A DNA stretch of 64,000 nt from positions 13,997 to 77,996 of the forward strand of contig JAEZLH010000021.1 of the NCBI GenBank assembly GCA_023435895.1, written 5' to 3'. The notes under the pieces are model-generated. The model was not told where the DNA came from, searched no databases, and saw nothing but the letters and a program-made list of their open reading frames with translations. Below are positions 1 through 9,811 of the stretch, piece by piece. Position 1 is the stretch's first letter. Each line of letters opens with the position of its first letter. The stretch comes from Bacillota bacterium (GTDB taxonomy: Bacteria; Bacillota; Clostridia; Lachnospirales; Lachnospiraceae). The translations under genes were made by a program, and so were the position numbers.

Positions 1-837
1 TCATTATTAACTTATAATTTTGAAAGTGAATATTTAAATAATAATCATCAAATAACAGTAATTCTTCCAGATAAGAAGAGGGGAGTAGCTCCTGATGAAT
101 TTTATCGCAGCGGTAAGAAGTATAAAGTACTCTGGCTGCTTCATGGTACATATGGTGATAACACCGACTGGATCAGAAAAACAAATATTGAGCTTTATGC
201 AGCAGAGAAAGACCTTGTGGTCGTTATCCCTTCCGCACTTAACTCAAACTATTCCAACTGGCCGGATGCGATGCTTGGATTTAATATGTATGATTACTTT
301 ACCAAGGAATTGATGCCGCTTGTTTATGGCTGGTTACCCGTATCAGATCAGAGAGAAGATAATTTTATTGCTGGTTTGTCCATGGGAGGAAGGGGAACCA
401 TTAAGTTTGCTGTTAATTATCCGGAATTATTCGGGGCAGCAGCGGTGCTTTCTGCGGTTCCTATTCCGTTTGACGAATTAAGAGCAGGTCATCCAAATAT
501 GATTATGGATACAACAAACCCAAGAATGGTTCAGATTATTGAAAATGCTGGCGGGTTTGAGGCATATGTTAATTCCGAGGAGAATGTTTGGGCTCTCATT
601 GATCAATTGGCACCTACAGGCAGACTTCCTAAATTAATGTTTGCCTGCGGACATGAGGATGCACTTCTCTATGATAGATATAAGATCTTTCAGCAGCACT
701 GCAAAGAAATCGGTTTAGAGGTTAAGTGGTTCGACCTTCCAGAATATAAGCATGAATGGAGATTCTGGGATCGTTCCATTCAGGAGGCATTAACCTTCTT
801 TGGGTTGGAAGAATCCGATGGAGGTAACCCGTTCTAG
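1..837 (+). CDS. Alpha/beta-hydrolase esterase (tributyrin esterase-like); start codon lies upstream of the window
   Basis: Frame is open from base 1 (SLLTYNFESEYL...VLWLLHGTYGDNTDW); nucleophile elbow GLSMGG; C-terminal HEW. The ORF-track start at 217 is internal. Confidence 0.85.
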   Translation, partial: SLLTYNFESEYLNNNHQITVILPDKKRGVAPDEFYRSGKKYKVLWLLHGTYGDNTDWIRKTNIELYAAEKDLVVVIPSALNSNYSNWPDAMLGFNMYDYFTKELMPLVYGWLPVSDQREDNFIAGLSMGGRGTIKFAVNYPELFGAAAVLSAVPIPFDELRAGHPNMIMDTTNPRMVQIIENAGGFEAYVNSEENVWALIDQLAPTGRLPKLMFACGHEDALLYDRYKIFQQHCKEIGLEVKWFDLPEYKHEWRFWDRSIQEALTFFGLEESDGGNPF

Positions 838-902
838 GCAACCCTTCTAATAGGAATGGAAGCTTTTACTTACGATTTGACATAGATATTTGGTATAGAA
901 TG

Positions 903-949
903 AAACATAGTTTGGGGCACTTCACTGGGAAGTGCCCCAAACTATGTTT
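903..949. terminator. Bidirectional intrinsic terminator
   Basis: Perfect 21-bp inverted repeat AAACATAGTTTGGGGCACTTC / GAAGTGCCCCAAACTATGTTT, 5-nt loop, between convergent genes. Confidence 0.85.
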
Positions 950-1022
950 TTCAGGCTTTATGGGTAAAACTCAAAGATTAGTAGGATTGCTTTTGTTATA
1001 TGTACATAGATAGAAGGCTGAT

Positions 1023-2201
1023 TTAATTCATGCATTCATATGCAAGGTCACGAACCTTTGGATGGATTTCGCTGTATACCTTGGGGAAGCCCATAATATG
1101 CTGAGCATAGAAGATACTGATATGATTAATCGGGTCGATTAAGGCATATGCCCCTGCGGCACCATCCCATCCAAATTCGCCAACAGGTGATTTTGATGCT
1201 TTGTCATCTACCAGTACTCTTACTCCCAGACCATATTCATATCCAACCTTGCCTGCAAATGCAAAATCTTCACTCATCTTTCCGGTGGTATAGGGTATGG
1301 AGAACATCTTTACCGATTCCTCAGAAAGAATTCTGGCCCCATTCGCACCTACGCCTCCATTGCATAGTGCATCAATAAAGCTGCTATAAGCATCCACGGT
1401 ACCGGCAAGACCGGCTCCGCCGCTTTCGTAGTTGGCTGTAAACTTAAAGCTGGCTGACATCATTTTATCGTCCGGTTTAATCTCATCTGTACCAAACACA
1501 CCCATGTACATAGCACAGATACGATCGGATATACTCTTATCGTTTTCCCAGTGGAAGTAAAAATCCTTAATACCAAGAGGAGTAAATATATTGTCTTTTA
1601 AATAATCCCCATAGCTTTGGCCGGAAACCACTTCAACCACAGCTGCCAAAACGTCATGACATAAGCTGTAGGAGTATCTTGTTCCCGGTTCATATACCAA
1701 TGGCATCTTTGCGATAGCAGCAATAACTTCTCTTGTAGATGCCTGATTGTTACTTTTTTCTCTGATCTCTCTTTGTTCCATGGAATTTGTATCATAGGAT
1801 AAGCCAGCTGTCATGCTCATTAAATCAATAATGCGAATGGTATTATGCGCGTAGTGACATTTGTCGGCTGAGGTTGGCCATCGAAGCGGAAACTCAAATT
1901 TAAAATCATTTTCCACTTTCATACGATCAAATTCCGGAAGGTAATTACGTACCTCATCGTAAAGTCTTAAATTCCCACGTTCAATCTGCTGTAATATAGC
2001 AGTCATAGTTACCACCTTGGTAGCAGAAAAAAGCTGGTATAAGGTGTTTTCATTCAATGGAGTGCTGTTGTTAAAATCGGAATATCCTGTCATATGACGA
2101 TAAACCACCTCATGACCTACCATGATTTTACAATCCGTTGCCGGAATTCCATATTCCTTATTGAGAGAATCCAAATATTCTGTTAATTTATCAAAGTTCA
2201 T
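1023..2201 (-). CDS. Serine hydrolase with beta-lactamase-like fold (family VIII esterase-like)
   Basis: SxxK (FSATK), PGTRYSYS, GEFGWDGAAG; no signal peptide. Confidence 0.85.
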   Translation of the reverse strand: MNFDKLTEYLDSLNKEYGIPATDCKIMVGHEVVYRHMTGYSDFNNSTPLNENTLYQLFSATKVVTMTAILQQIERGNLRLYDEVRNYLPEFDRMKVENDFKFEFPLRWPTSADKCHYAHNTIRIIDLMSMTAGLSYDTNSMEQREIREKSNNQASTREVIAAIAKMPLVYEPGTRYSYSLCHDVLAAVVEVVSGQSYGDYLKDNIFTPLGIKDFYFHWENDKSISDRICAMYMGVFGTDEIKPDDKMMSASFKFTANYESGGAGLAGTVDAYSSFIDALCNGGVGANGARILSEESVKMFSIPYTTGKMSEDFAFAGKVGYEYGLGVRVLVDDKASKSPVGEFGWDGAAGAYALIDPINHISIFYAQHIMGFPKVYSEIHPKVRDLAYECMN

Positions 2202-2219
2202 TTTATGACTCCTTTTCAG

Positions 2220-3287
2220 TTATTTGTGCTGACTTACGAGCCAGTCCATTATACCATACTCATTGTGAAAGGTAAGTACCCAAGCGTTATGATTTTCTGA
2301 GAACTTTTCTTGTACAGGAAGTTCGGGATTGGAGAAGCCGTACTTTTCAAAATCCTCCGGGGAGTAGAGCGTGAGATAAGCATTTTTATTACCGGAGTCC
2401 TTTAAGCTCATGATGGCATCTACAATATATTTGTGCCGGAAGAAGGTATGATCAACATATGCGGTTGATACCCAAAGCTTTGTATTGGTAAGGGAACGGA
2501 GTATGTTGTAGGTGTCTGGCATCATAGAGGGGCAAATTGGAGCTGCAGCAGCGAATAAATCACCTGCAACGGATAGGGCTCGAAGAACACCGCAGCCACC
2601 CATGGATAAGCCGGTTACAAACACTTTGTCAGGATCAACCTTTCCTTCAGCAATCATAGTTCGAATCACATCACAAACCTGGGAAAGATATTCTCTGTGC
2701 CAACCGTAACCGGGCATTATGGTTGTTGTATGAAAGGTGTTTTTAAATACTACCGATGGGTCAGGCAGCATTTCGCTGATGTTACCGGGTGCCTGGGGTG
2801 CCATGATATATAATTCCGGATACATTTCACAAAGCTTAAGGGCTCCAAGCGTTCCGGTCATTTGGAGCAGGTTATCATAGCCGCACTCTCCTCCGCCATG
2901 TAAGAAAAGTAGAAGAGGGCGGGGACCGGTTGCTTTTGGAGAATAAAGCCGGTAAATAACATCCCCCTCTGTTTTCGCTTCAAATTTGTCCAAATCCTTC
3001 ACATAGATTTGATCAAGAGGTACATCCTTTTTCGAAAAATGCAGCACATCCGTATTAGTTTTGATTTCTAATCGAAAATCACCATTGTAATAAATGGGGT
3101 CAATCACAATATGATAACCATAATCAATGGGAGTGATGGAGCGAACCTTACGGTTCACACTCCGTTCTCCCAGATAAGCAGTGAGAGAAATGTGGTCAGC
3201 CAAAAGCTCCTTGGGAGCATCAATTAAGTCTAGAGCAATAGCCTCCCAACCACGATTTTTTACTTCAACATATACATGTAATTTCAT
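2220..3287 (-). CDS. Alpha/beta-hydrolase carboxylesterase with N-terminal extension (Thermotoga EstA-like)
   Basis: PLLLFLHGGGECGYDN, VTGLSMGG, HNAW; ATG at 3287 follows GGAGG. Confidence 0.75.
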   Translation of the reverse strand: MKLHVYVEVKNRGWEAIALDLIDAPKELLADHISLTAYLGERSVNRKVRSITPIDYGYHIVIDPIYYNGDFRLEIKTNTDVLHFSKKDVPLDQIYVKDLDKFEAKTEGDVIYRLYSPKATGPRPLLLFLHGGGECGYDNLLQMTGTLGALKLCEMYPELYIMAPQAPGNISEMLPDPSVVFKNTFHTTTIMPGYGWHREYLSQVCDVIRTMIAEGKVDPDKVFVTGLSMGGCGVLRALSVAGDLFAAAAPICPSMMPDTYNILRSLTNTKLWVSTAYVDHTFFRHKYIVDAIMSLKDSGNKNAYLTLYSPEDFEKYGFSNPELPVQEKFSENHNAWVLTFHNEYGIMDWLVSQHK

Positions 3288-3307
3288 AGTAACCTCCATT
3301 AGCAGGA

Positions 3308-4768
3308 TTATAGTATCATTTCCTGATCCCTATTCTTATCAAAATAAGTGATAACATAGGTTAATAATTTAAAGTCTGCTTTAAGGGTGGTATGATATTC
3401 CCCCTTTACCCAGGTGATGGTTAACGTGCCATCATTAAAATTTTCACCAACCTGAATCGTGCCGTTAAAGGCTTCATAATTATTTCGAAAACGCATTAAT
3501 TCATAAAGCTGGCTGCAAACAGGTTTTTTTATCGCTTCTTCCACTTCGGCTTTTGAGTAATTGTGGCGATTAATGGTTCTGGGGTCAGGATTAGTCTTCA
3601 TGCTTTCAATATCATTCTCACCTGCAAGCAGACCAACATAATATACCTGAGGAATACCCGGGGCAAAGAATTGAACTGCTCTGGCAATCAGGTATGCATC
3701 ATCTTTACATCTGAGAGCAGAATAGTAGGTGGAGCCCAGCTGATAGCTCTGGAATTTCTTACCCTTTATTTTAATCATGCTGGGGAGCTTAATATATTGT
3801 TTTGCTTCTTTGGTAATATCGTCAACGTCTTCTCTGACAAAATCAATTTCCTCATCGCTAAGCAGACCAACGACATCAACAACACCGATTCCATCATGGG
3901 TATCCAGTGTGGTGTATTGCTTTCTTGGACAGATGTTGAGCCAATGAATTAGCCGATCCGTTCTTCCGCTTTTGAGACCATGTAATAAGAGCATGGGAAG
4001 CGCAAAGTCATATACCCAGTACCCTTTTTCAGCCATTTTAAGTTGTATGGTGTAATTTTCATGAATTTCAGGAAGCATCTCAGTACCGGTTCGGTTCAGA
4101 GGTTTCATTCCAATGTCTAATACCTCCCAGATCTCCGGTTCCACAAAAAAGCAGCTGGAGCCCGGTCGTTTAGAGGCATATGCAAAAGCATCAAAGCGAA
4201 TCAAAGGAACATGTTCACTGAGGATTCCCAAATTCCGGTCATAATAATCCTGTGTCGCTTTTGAGTAGGGATTAATATCAATTTGTTCCTGGAAAAAGGT
4301 ATTCCAAAGGTGAACCACCTTACCATCTTCTCTGGTAAATTCTATATAGGGATAGTTGGCCTTTCTTCGATATAAAGCTGCTGCTTGTTGTTCGGTTGGA
4401 TTCCCTTCTGGCCAGAATTCTTCCCAATGAATAAACATATCCCGGTAAGGAGAGTTTTCACCATTCTTCATATAATCCTTAAATTCATCAGAACGAATGG
4501 AAACATGGTTCAGCATAAAGTCGGCCATCAAGTAATACTTGGCAGAGAGCTGATCAATATCCTCCCAGGTTCCAAAGGCAGGATCAACATTATCATAATT
4601 AATTACTGCGAAACCCCGATCACCGGAGGAGGGAAAGAAGGGAAGAATATGAAGTCCTCCGATTACTCCCTCAAAGTGTTCTTCTAAAATATTATGTAAT
4701 TCCTTCAGGTCTTTCCCCATACTGTCAGCATAGGTTATGAGCATAATTTTGTTTTCGATTTTCTTCAA
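3308..4768 (-). CDS. GH13_18 glycoside phosphorylase (sucrose phosphorylase family), specificity uncertain
   Basis: MLITYADSMG, HILPFFPSSGDRGF, RFDAFAY, LPEIHE, THDGIGVVD, PGIPQVYYVG; TTG start after an AGGGG RBS. Confidence 0.9.
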   Translation of the reverse strand: MKKIENKIMLITYADSMGKDLKELHNILEEHFEGVIGGLHILPFFPSSGDRGFAVINYDNVDPAFGTWEDIDQLSAKYYLMADFMLNHVSIRSDEFKDYMKNGENSPYRDMFIHWEEFWPEGNPTEQQAAALYRRKANYPYIEFTREDGKVVHLWNTFFQEQIDINPYSKATQDYYDRNLGILSEHVPLIRFDAFAYASKRPGSSCFFVEPEIWEVLDIGMKPLNRTGTEMLPEIHENYTIQLKMAEKGYWVYDFALPMLLLHGLKSGRTDRLIHWLNICPRKQYTTLDTHDGIGVVDVVGLLSDEEIDFVREDVDDITKEAKQYIKLPSMIKIKGKKFQSYQLGSTYYSALRCKDDAYLIARAVQFFAPGIPQVYYVGLLAGENDIESMKTNPDPRTINRHNYSKAEVEEAIKKPVCSQLYELMRFRNNYEAFNGTIQVGENFNDGTLTITWVKGEYHTTLKADFKLLTYVITYFDKNRDQEMIL

Positions 4769-4783
4769 AGTAATTCCCCTTTC

Positions 4784-5665
4784 TTAACCTTTTACCGAAC
4801 CAACTGTGATACCTTTTGCAAAGGATTTCTGGAAGAAGGGATAAGCAAAAAGAATTGGCAAAAGTGCGATAACCGCTAAAGCCATACGGATACTTACGCT
4901 GGGTAGCTCTGTAATCTTTATGCTGGGATCGGAATGAGATTGTAAAAAGGCAATATTGCTTAAAATGGAGTTTAAGTAGTTCTGAATACCGTAAAGCTCA
5001 CGCTTTGTCTGGATGAAGTAAATTCCGTTTGTCCAGTTGTTCCAATAAGAGATTGCTGTCATAAGTGCAATCGTACCAATGATGGGTTTGGACATGGGGG
5101 AAACAATTTTAATGAGGGTCTTTAGTTCTCCGGAGCCATCCATCATGGCTGCTTCAATAACTTCATTGGGAACATTGGTATTAATATAGGTACGAACCAT
5201 AATAACGAAGAACGCATTCAATAATAAGTAAGGGAAGATTAAAGCCCAAACGGTATCTGTAATATGAAAGATTCTTGAGTAAATTAAGTAGGTAGGTACA
5301 AAGCCACCATTAAATAACATGGTAAAGAACACGATAAAGGAGAGAACTCTTCGTCCGGGAAGGTCTTTACGGGACAGGGGGTAGGCAAATAACATAGTCA
5401 TAATGACACTGAGAGCAGTTCCTACTCCCGTAACAAGAAAACTCATTCCATAAGCTCTTAGGATATTTTCCTTCACATTCCAGATGTATTTATAGGCTGC
5501 TAAAGAAAAGTCGGCCGGAATAAAGGAGTAACCATTCTGCGCCAAGGATACCTCGGATGATAAGGAGCTTGCAATTAATAAGATGAAGGGGAGAATCGAT
5601 GCCAGTACTAGAAAAAGCATAATGAATCCCATTACAAAGCGAAAAATTTTATTACTATAAATCAT
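4784..5665 (-). CDS. Carbohydrate ABC transporter permease (MalG-type)
   Basis: Multiple TM segments, EAAMMDGS loop, ends GSVKG. Confidence 0.9.
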   Translation of the reverse strand: MIYSNKIFRFVMGFIMLFLVLASILPFILLIASSLSSEVSLAQNGYSFIPADFSLAAYKYIWNVKENILRAYGMSFLVTGVGTALSVIMTMLFAYPLSRKDLPGRRVLSFIVFFTMLFNGGFVPTYLIYSRIFHITDTVWALIFPYLLLNAFFVIMVRTYINTNVPNEVIEAAMMDGSGELKTLIKIVSPMSKPIIGTIALMTAISYWNNWTNGIYFIQTKRELYGIQNYLNSILSNIAFLQSHSDPSIKITELPSVSIRMALAVIALLPILFAYPFFQKSFAKGITVGSVKG

Positions 5666-5683
5666 GAATATTTCCTCCTTTGA

Positions 5684-6625
5684 TTAGAATAAGCTGCTGT
5701 CTTTGTCTATTTTTGATACTACGGTATTTGCGATAAATACACAGATGAAGCCAAGTACGGATTGTAGGAAACCGCCTGCGGTAGAGCGTCCGATATCATT
5801 TAACTCAATCAGTCCACGGTATACATAGGTATCGATGGTCTGTGTTGTTGAATAAAGCAAACCACTGTTCATTGGAACCTGATAGAATAAACCGAAATCA
5901 GAATAACAAATTCGTCCGACGGAAAGCAGAACCAAAGTAATAATCGTTGGTTTCAATGCCGGTAAGGTGATATGACGAATTTGTGCCCATATTCCTGCAC
6001 CATCAACGGTAGCCGCTTCATAATAAGATTTATCCACGCCAATCAAAGTCGAATAATACAGGATGGAACTATAACCGAAGGTCATCCAAAGAAATACAAT
6101 GGTAAGTATGACCGGCCAGTACTGCGCCTGGTTATACCAACTGATTGGTTCAATCCCAAAGAGCGGTAATATCGTCATGTTCATAAAACCGTTTTTTCCG
6201 CTTAAGAATGCAAATACGATATAGCTGATAATAACGGTTGATAATAAGTAGGGAATTAAGATGACAACCTGACTGAATTTCTTAAAGAATTTGTTGTAAA
6301 TCGAGTCCAGTCCGATGGCAACTATAATACCCAGTGAATTACCTAGCAGGATGAATGCTAAATTGTAAAGAATGGTGTTTCGAAAGAATAAAAAAGCATC
6401 ACTGGTGCTAAATAGGAATTTAAAGTTCTGGAAGCCTGACCAAGGACTGTTAAAGAGCCCAATGGCATAATTTACTTTCTTAAAAGCAAGAGCAAGTCCA
6501 GCCATAGGCATATAGTTATTTATAAACAAGTAAATAAGCCCGGGCAGCATCATAAGGTAGAGTGGAATGTATCTTTTCATTTTTTGGGAAGATGATTTCT
6601 TTTTTATTGCTTTTGTTTCTTTCAT
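5684..6625 (-). CDS. Carbohydrate ABC transporter permease (LplB/MalF-type)
   Basis: SPWSGFQNFKFLF, YEAATVDGA, TIDTYVY; ATG at 6625 after AAGGGGG. Confidence 0.9.
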   Translation of the reverse strand: MKETKAIKKKSSSQKMKRYIPLYLMMLPGLIYLFINNYMPMAGLALAFKKVNYAIGLFNSPWSGFQNFKFLFSTSDAFLFFRNTILYNLAFILLGNSLGIIVAIGLDSIYNKFFKKFSQVVILIPYLLSTVIISYIVFAFLSGKNGFMNMTILPLFGIEPISWYNQAQYWPVILTIVFLWMTFGYSSILYYSTLIGVDKSYYEAATVDGAGIWAQIRHITLPALKPTIITLVLLSVGRICYSDFGLFYQVPMNSGLLYSTTQTIDTYVYRGLIELNDIGRSTAGGFLQSVLGFICVFIANTVVSKIDKDSSLF

Positions 6626-6693
6626 AAGAACCCCCTTGATTTTCATGAGAATGTTTTGTTGTAATCAAAGTATCATAAAAATGCACAAAAATT

Positions 6694-6834
6694 CTATCAA
6701 AATCCGGTCACAAACTATCGAAATTTTGCTTTAAGCTGTTTGTTCTATATAAATGCAAATAAATATCAACAAAAAAGTTAAAACTTTCGTTAAATATGTT
6801 GGAAAATTAATGATTTATGACAGAAAATTGATAG
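6694..6834. promoter_or_regulatory. 21-bp-period direct repeats in a divergent promoter region (putative AraC/YesN-type activator sites)
   Basis: CTATCAAAAT (6694) and CTATCGAAAT (6715); in opposite orientation GAAAATTAATG (6802) and GAAAATTGATAG (6823). Confidence 0.45.
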
Positions 6835-6932
6835 AAGCCTTATAGAAGCGTCTGATATCATATACCTATCAGACAACGGTATTGTCGGATTGATCAAAGA
6901 GCACAATGATCAAAATATTAGGAGGAGATTAT

Positions 6933-8459
6933 ATGAAGAAGAAACTAATTGCTGGTTTACTTGTAGTATGTATGGTAGCTTCACTTTTTGCAGGATGTGG
7001 CTCAAGTACAAAAACCCCTGACAAACAGGGAACGGATAAGGGAACAGATAAAGACAGCTATCCGGTGATTAAGATGGCATACGCAGTGGTATTTCCATCT
7101 CCGGATGAAAAAGCAATTGAGGATGAGCTAAATAAGATATTAAGAGAAAAAGCTCATGCAGAGGTTGACTTGGTTGGTATTGAGTTCGGTAACTGGGCAA
7201 CACAGTTAAACTTAATGTTAACCGGCGGCGGATCTGACTCACTGGATTTATTCAATTCATTCTGGTACACATCAGTTAGCAACCTGGTATCCAACGGACA
7301 GGTAATGAAGCTGGATGACCTTTTGGCTAAAGAGGGCAGCGATATAAAAGGTTTATTTAAAGATGGTCTGGAACAATACCTAGGTTGTGGTGTTGTAAAC
7401 GGTAGCCAATATGGTATTCCTTGTATGTATTCCTATAGTACTGAAAATCTTTACTATGCAAAGAAAGATGATGTTGCAAAGGCAAATATCGACTGGAGCA
7501 AGGTAAAGAGCATTGATGCTATGTCTGATGCAATTCTTAAGATTAAAGAAGCGAATCCAAAGAGCTATTATATTCCCGGTTCAACAGAAGCTTACTGGAT
7601 TCCGAAGAGTGTTGACTACTTAGGAGATACCAATTATCTTGGCGTATTAACAGATCCAACCAAGAGCACAAAGGTTGAGAATTACTATGAATCCCAATAC
7701 TTCCTTAATTTCTTAAAGCATGTTAAAGAATGGAAAAAAGCTGGTGTATTTAGCCCCGATCCACTCAGCAACAGCAATCCGACTCTTATGAATCTTCTTA
7801 TGGGAGTAAGTAATGGTACACCTGGTTATGCATGGGATGCAGCAACCAGTATGAAAGCAACCATCGCTCAGAATAATATTCAATTAGATGGTACTAATGT
7901 AACAGAAGCACTTTCAACGACTAGCGATGCAACAACTTATATGTGGCATATCAGCTCCTTCTCGAAGAATCCGGAAGCAGCAATGAGAATTCTCAATGTT
8001 TTATATACAGATCCTCAGGCAGCTCAGTTAGTTGCAAATGGTGTAGAAGGACTTGATTATAAGCTGAATAAAGATGGACAGATGGAATATCCGGATGGCA
8101 AAAAGAGTATGTCTGACCTTGGATGGGCAGCAGCTTCCATGGCATATTGGCCAAATGTTATGCTTTGCAAAACCTGGTACTATGAACCAAAGGATATCTA
8201 TGAGCAGATGCTAGCAAAGAATAAGAGCTGTAACAAATCATTGGCTTTAGGTTTTGCCTTCGATTCCAGTAAGGTGACAGATCAAATGACAGCTTGTGCA
8301 AACGTAGTGGCTCAGTATTATACACCACTTATGTATGGTGAAGTGGACATTGATTCCACTCTTACCCAATTCCAGGCTGCACTTAAGAAAGCTGGTATTG
8401 ATGAAATTATCAAAGAAAAGCAGACACAGCTTGATGCATGGTTAGCAAGTCAGAAATAA
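6933..8459 (+). CDS. ABC substrate-binding lipoprotein (LplA-like, C-terminal DUF3502-type end)
   Basis: Lipobox FAGC, AGGAGG RBS, C-terminal KAGIDEIIKEKQTQLDAW. Confidence 0.9.
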   Translation: MKKKLIAGLLVVCMVASLFAGCGSSTKTPDKQGTDKGTDKDSYPVIKMAYAVVFPSPDEKAIEDELNKILREKAHAEVDLVGIEFGNWATQLNLMLTGGGSDSLDLFNSFWYTSVSNLVSNGQVMKLDDLLAKEGSDIKGLFKDGLEQYLGCGVVNGSQYGIPCMYSYSTENLYYAKKDDVAKANIDWSKVKSIDAMSDAILKIKEANPKSYYIPGSTEAYWIPKSVDYLGDTNYLGVLTDPTKSTKVENYYESQYFLNFLKHVKEWKKAGVFSPDPLSNSNPTLMNLLMGVSNGTPGYAWDAATSMKATIAQNNIQLDGTNVTEALSTTSDATTYMWHISSFSKNPEAAMRILNVLYTDPQAAQLVANGVEGLDYKLNKDGQMEYPDGKKSMSDLGWAAASMAYWPNVMLCKTWYYEPKDIYEQMLAKNKSCNKSLALGFAFDSSKVTDQMTACANVVAQYYTPLMYGEVDIDSTLTQFQAALKKAGIDEIIKEKQTQLDAWLASQK

Positions 8460-8470
8460 CTAACAGGATG

Positions 8471-8497
8471 TTGGGGGAGGGCGATGCCTTCCCCCAA
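8471..8497 (+). terminator. Stem-loop after the binding-protein gene
   Basis: TTGGGGGAGGGC-GAT-GCCTTCCCCCAA; weak U-tail. Confidence 0.55.
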
Positions 8498-8616
8498 TCT
8501 TAATAAGACAAGGAACAGGGGTTGAAATGTAAAAGTTACAGCCTGAACAATTAAACCTGCGTCGTCATCGTACAAACTTGCATGCGCAAAAGGCTGCGCA
8601 GGAATGGAGTAAATTA

Positions 8617-9777
8617 ATGAATGAAAAATTATGGAATAAACATTATATATTAGTAGTTATCGTAAATACACTAAATGCGTTCTCTTTTTTTATGGTGGTT
8701 ACAATTCTCTCTAAATATCTGGTAACAATCGGTGCATCCATAGCAATGGCCGGTTTTATTGTAGGACTATTTTCTCTTACCTCCTTATGCTGTAGACCAT
8801 TCAGTGGAATTATGGCGGATCGATTAAGTAATGTCACTCTGTTAAAATGGAGCAATATTCTCATGGGAGTTGGCTTACTTGGCTTTACTATTACCACTTA
8901 TATTCCACTTTTAATAGTATTTCGAATTATAAACGGAATTGGTTTTGCGTTGGCTGGAACCTGTCAGATTTCTCTGGCTTCACGCTATATTCCGAAGGAA
9001 AAAATGGGCGAAGGAATTGGATACCTGGGACTTGGCATGGTTCTTGGCTCAGCCGTTGCTCCGGGTTTTGGACTTGCTCTGTCAGATGGCTTTGGCATGA
9101 AAATAACTTTTCTTATCTCGGCAGCATTTACGGCAATTGCCTACATTATCTTGTGCTTTGAGAAAGAAGAGAAAAAACAGATAATAGAAAAGAAGAAGAT
9201 AAAGCTTGCCGATATCTTCGCGGTGAAAGCACTTCCTTTCACCCTGGTAGCAGGCTCCTTCTCCTTTGTCAACGGAATTATCGTTTCTTACTTGGTTCTA
9301 TATACTGATGTTATTGGAGTAAAGGGCATCAGCATTTATTATACAGTATGTGCGGTAGTATTATTTATTGTCAGACCTTTCTCAGGAAAGTTGATGGACA
9401 AAAAAGGAATCAGGGTCACAGTGTTACCTGGACTCGTTCTCACAGCCTGCTCCATGTTTATGCTTGGTAGAAGCAAAACCTTAATATTGATATTAATTAC
9501 CGGAGTAATCAGATCACTTGGACAGGGAGCGGCTCAGCCATCACTGCAAGCCGGATGCATCAGCACAGTAGGAAAAGATAAGAGTGGGGTTGCAACCAGT
9601 ACATATTACCTTGGTGCAGATGTATGCCAGGGTGTTGGACCGATGATTGGAGGAGCGATTGTTGGGCAGGTAGCCGGAGTCGCTGGATATACAGCATTGT
9701 TTAATCTTTGCGGAGTGTTATTGTTATTTGCGCTGGTGTATTTTTTTGTTATAACAGGCAAGAAACAAGTGGCATAA
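8617..9777 (+). CDS. MFS transporter
   Basis: About 12 hydrophobic segments; motif A twice (RPFSGIMADR, RPFSGKLMDKKG). Confidence 0.9.
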   Translation: MNEKLWNKHYILVVIVNTLNAFSFFMVVTILSKYLVTIGASIAMAGFIVGLFSLTSLCCRPFSGIMADRLSNVTLLKWSNILMGVGLLGFTITTYIPLLIVFRIINGIGFALAGTCQISLASRYIPKEKMGEGIGYLGLGMVLGSAVAPGFGLALSDGFGMKITFLISAAFTAIAYIILCFEKEEKKQIIEKKKIKLADIFAVKALPFTLVAGSFSFVNGIIVSYLVLYTDVIGVKGISIYYTVCAVVLFIVRPFSGKLMDKKGIRVTVLPGLVLTACSMFMLGRSKTLILILITGVIRSLGQGAAQPSLQAGCISTVGKDKSGVATSTYYLGADVCQGVGPMIGGAIVGQVAGVAGYTALFNLCGVLLLFALVYFFVITGKKQVA

Positions 9778-9811
9778 GGTTTTTTGAATATAAGAGGAGT
9801 GAGGTAAAAGA

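Noticed and set aside
1023..2201. Beta-lactamase resistance gene
   Set aside because: No signal peptide and an esterase-rich sugar context; family VIII esterase fits better.
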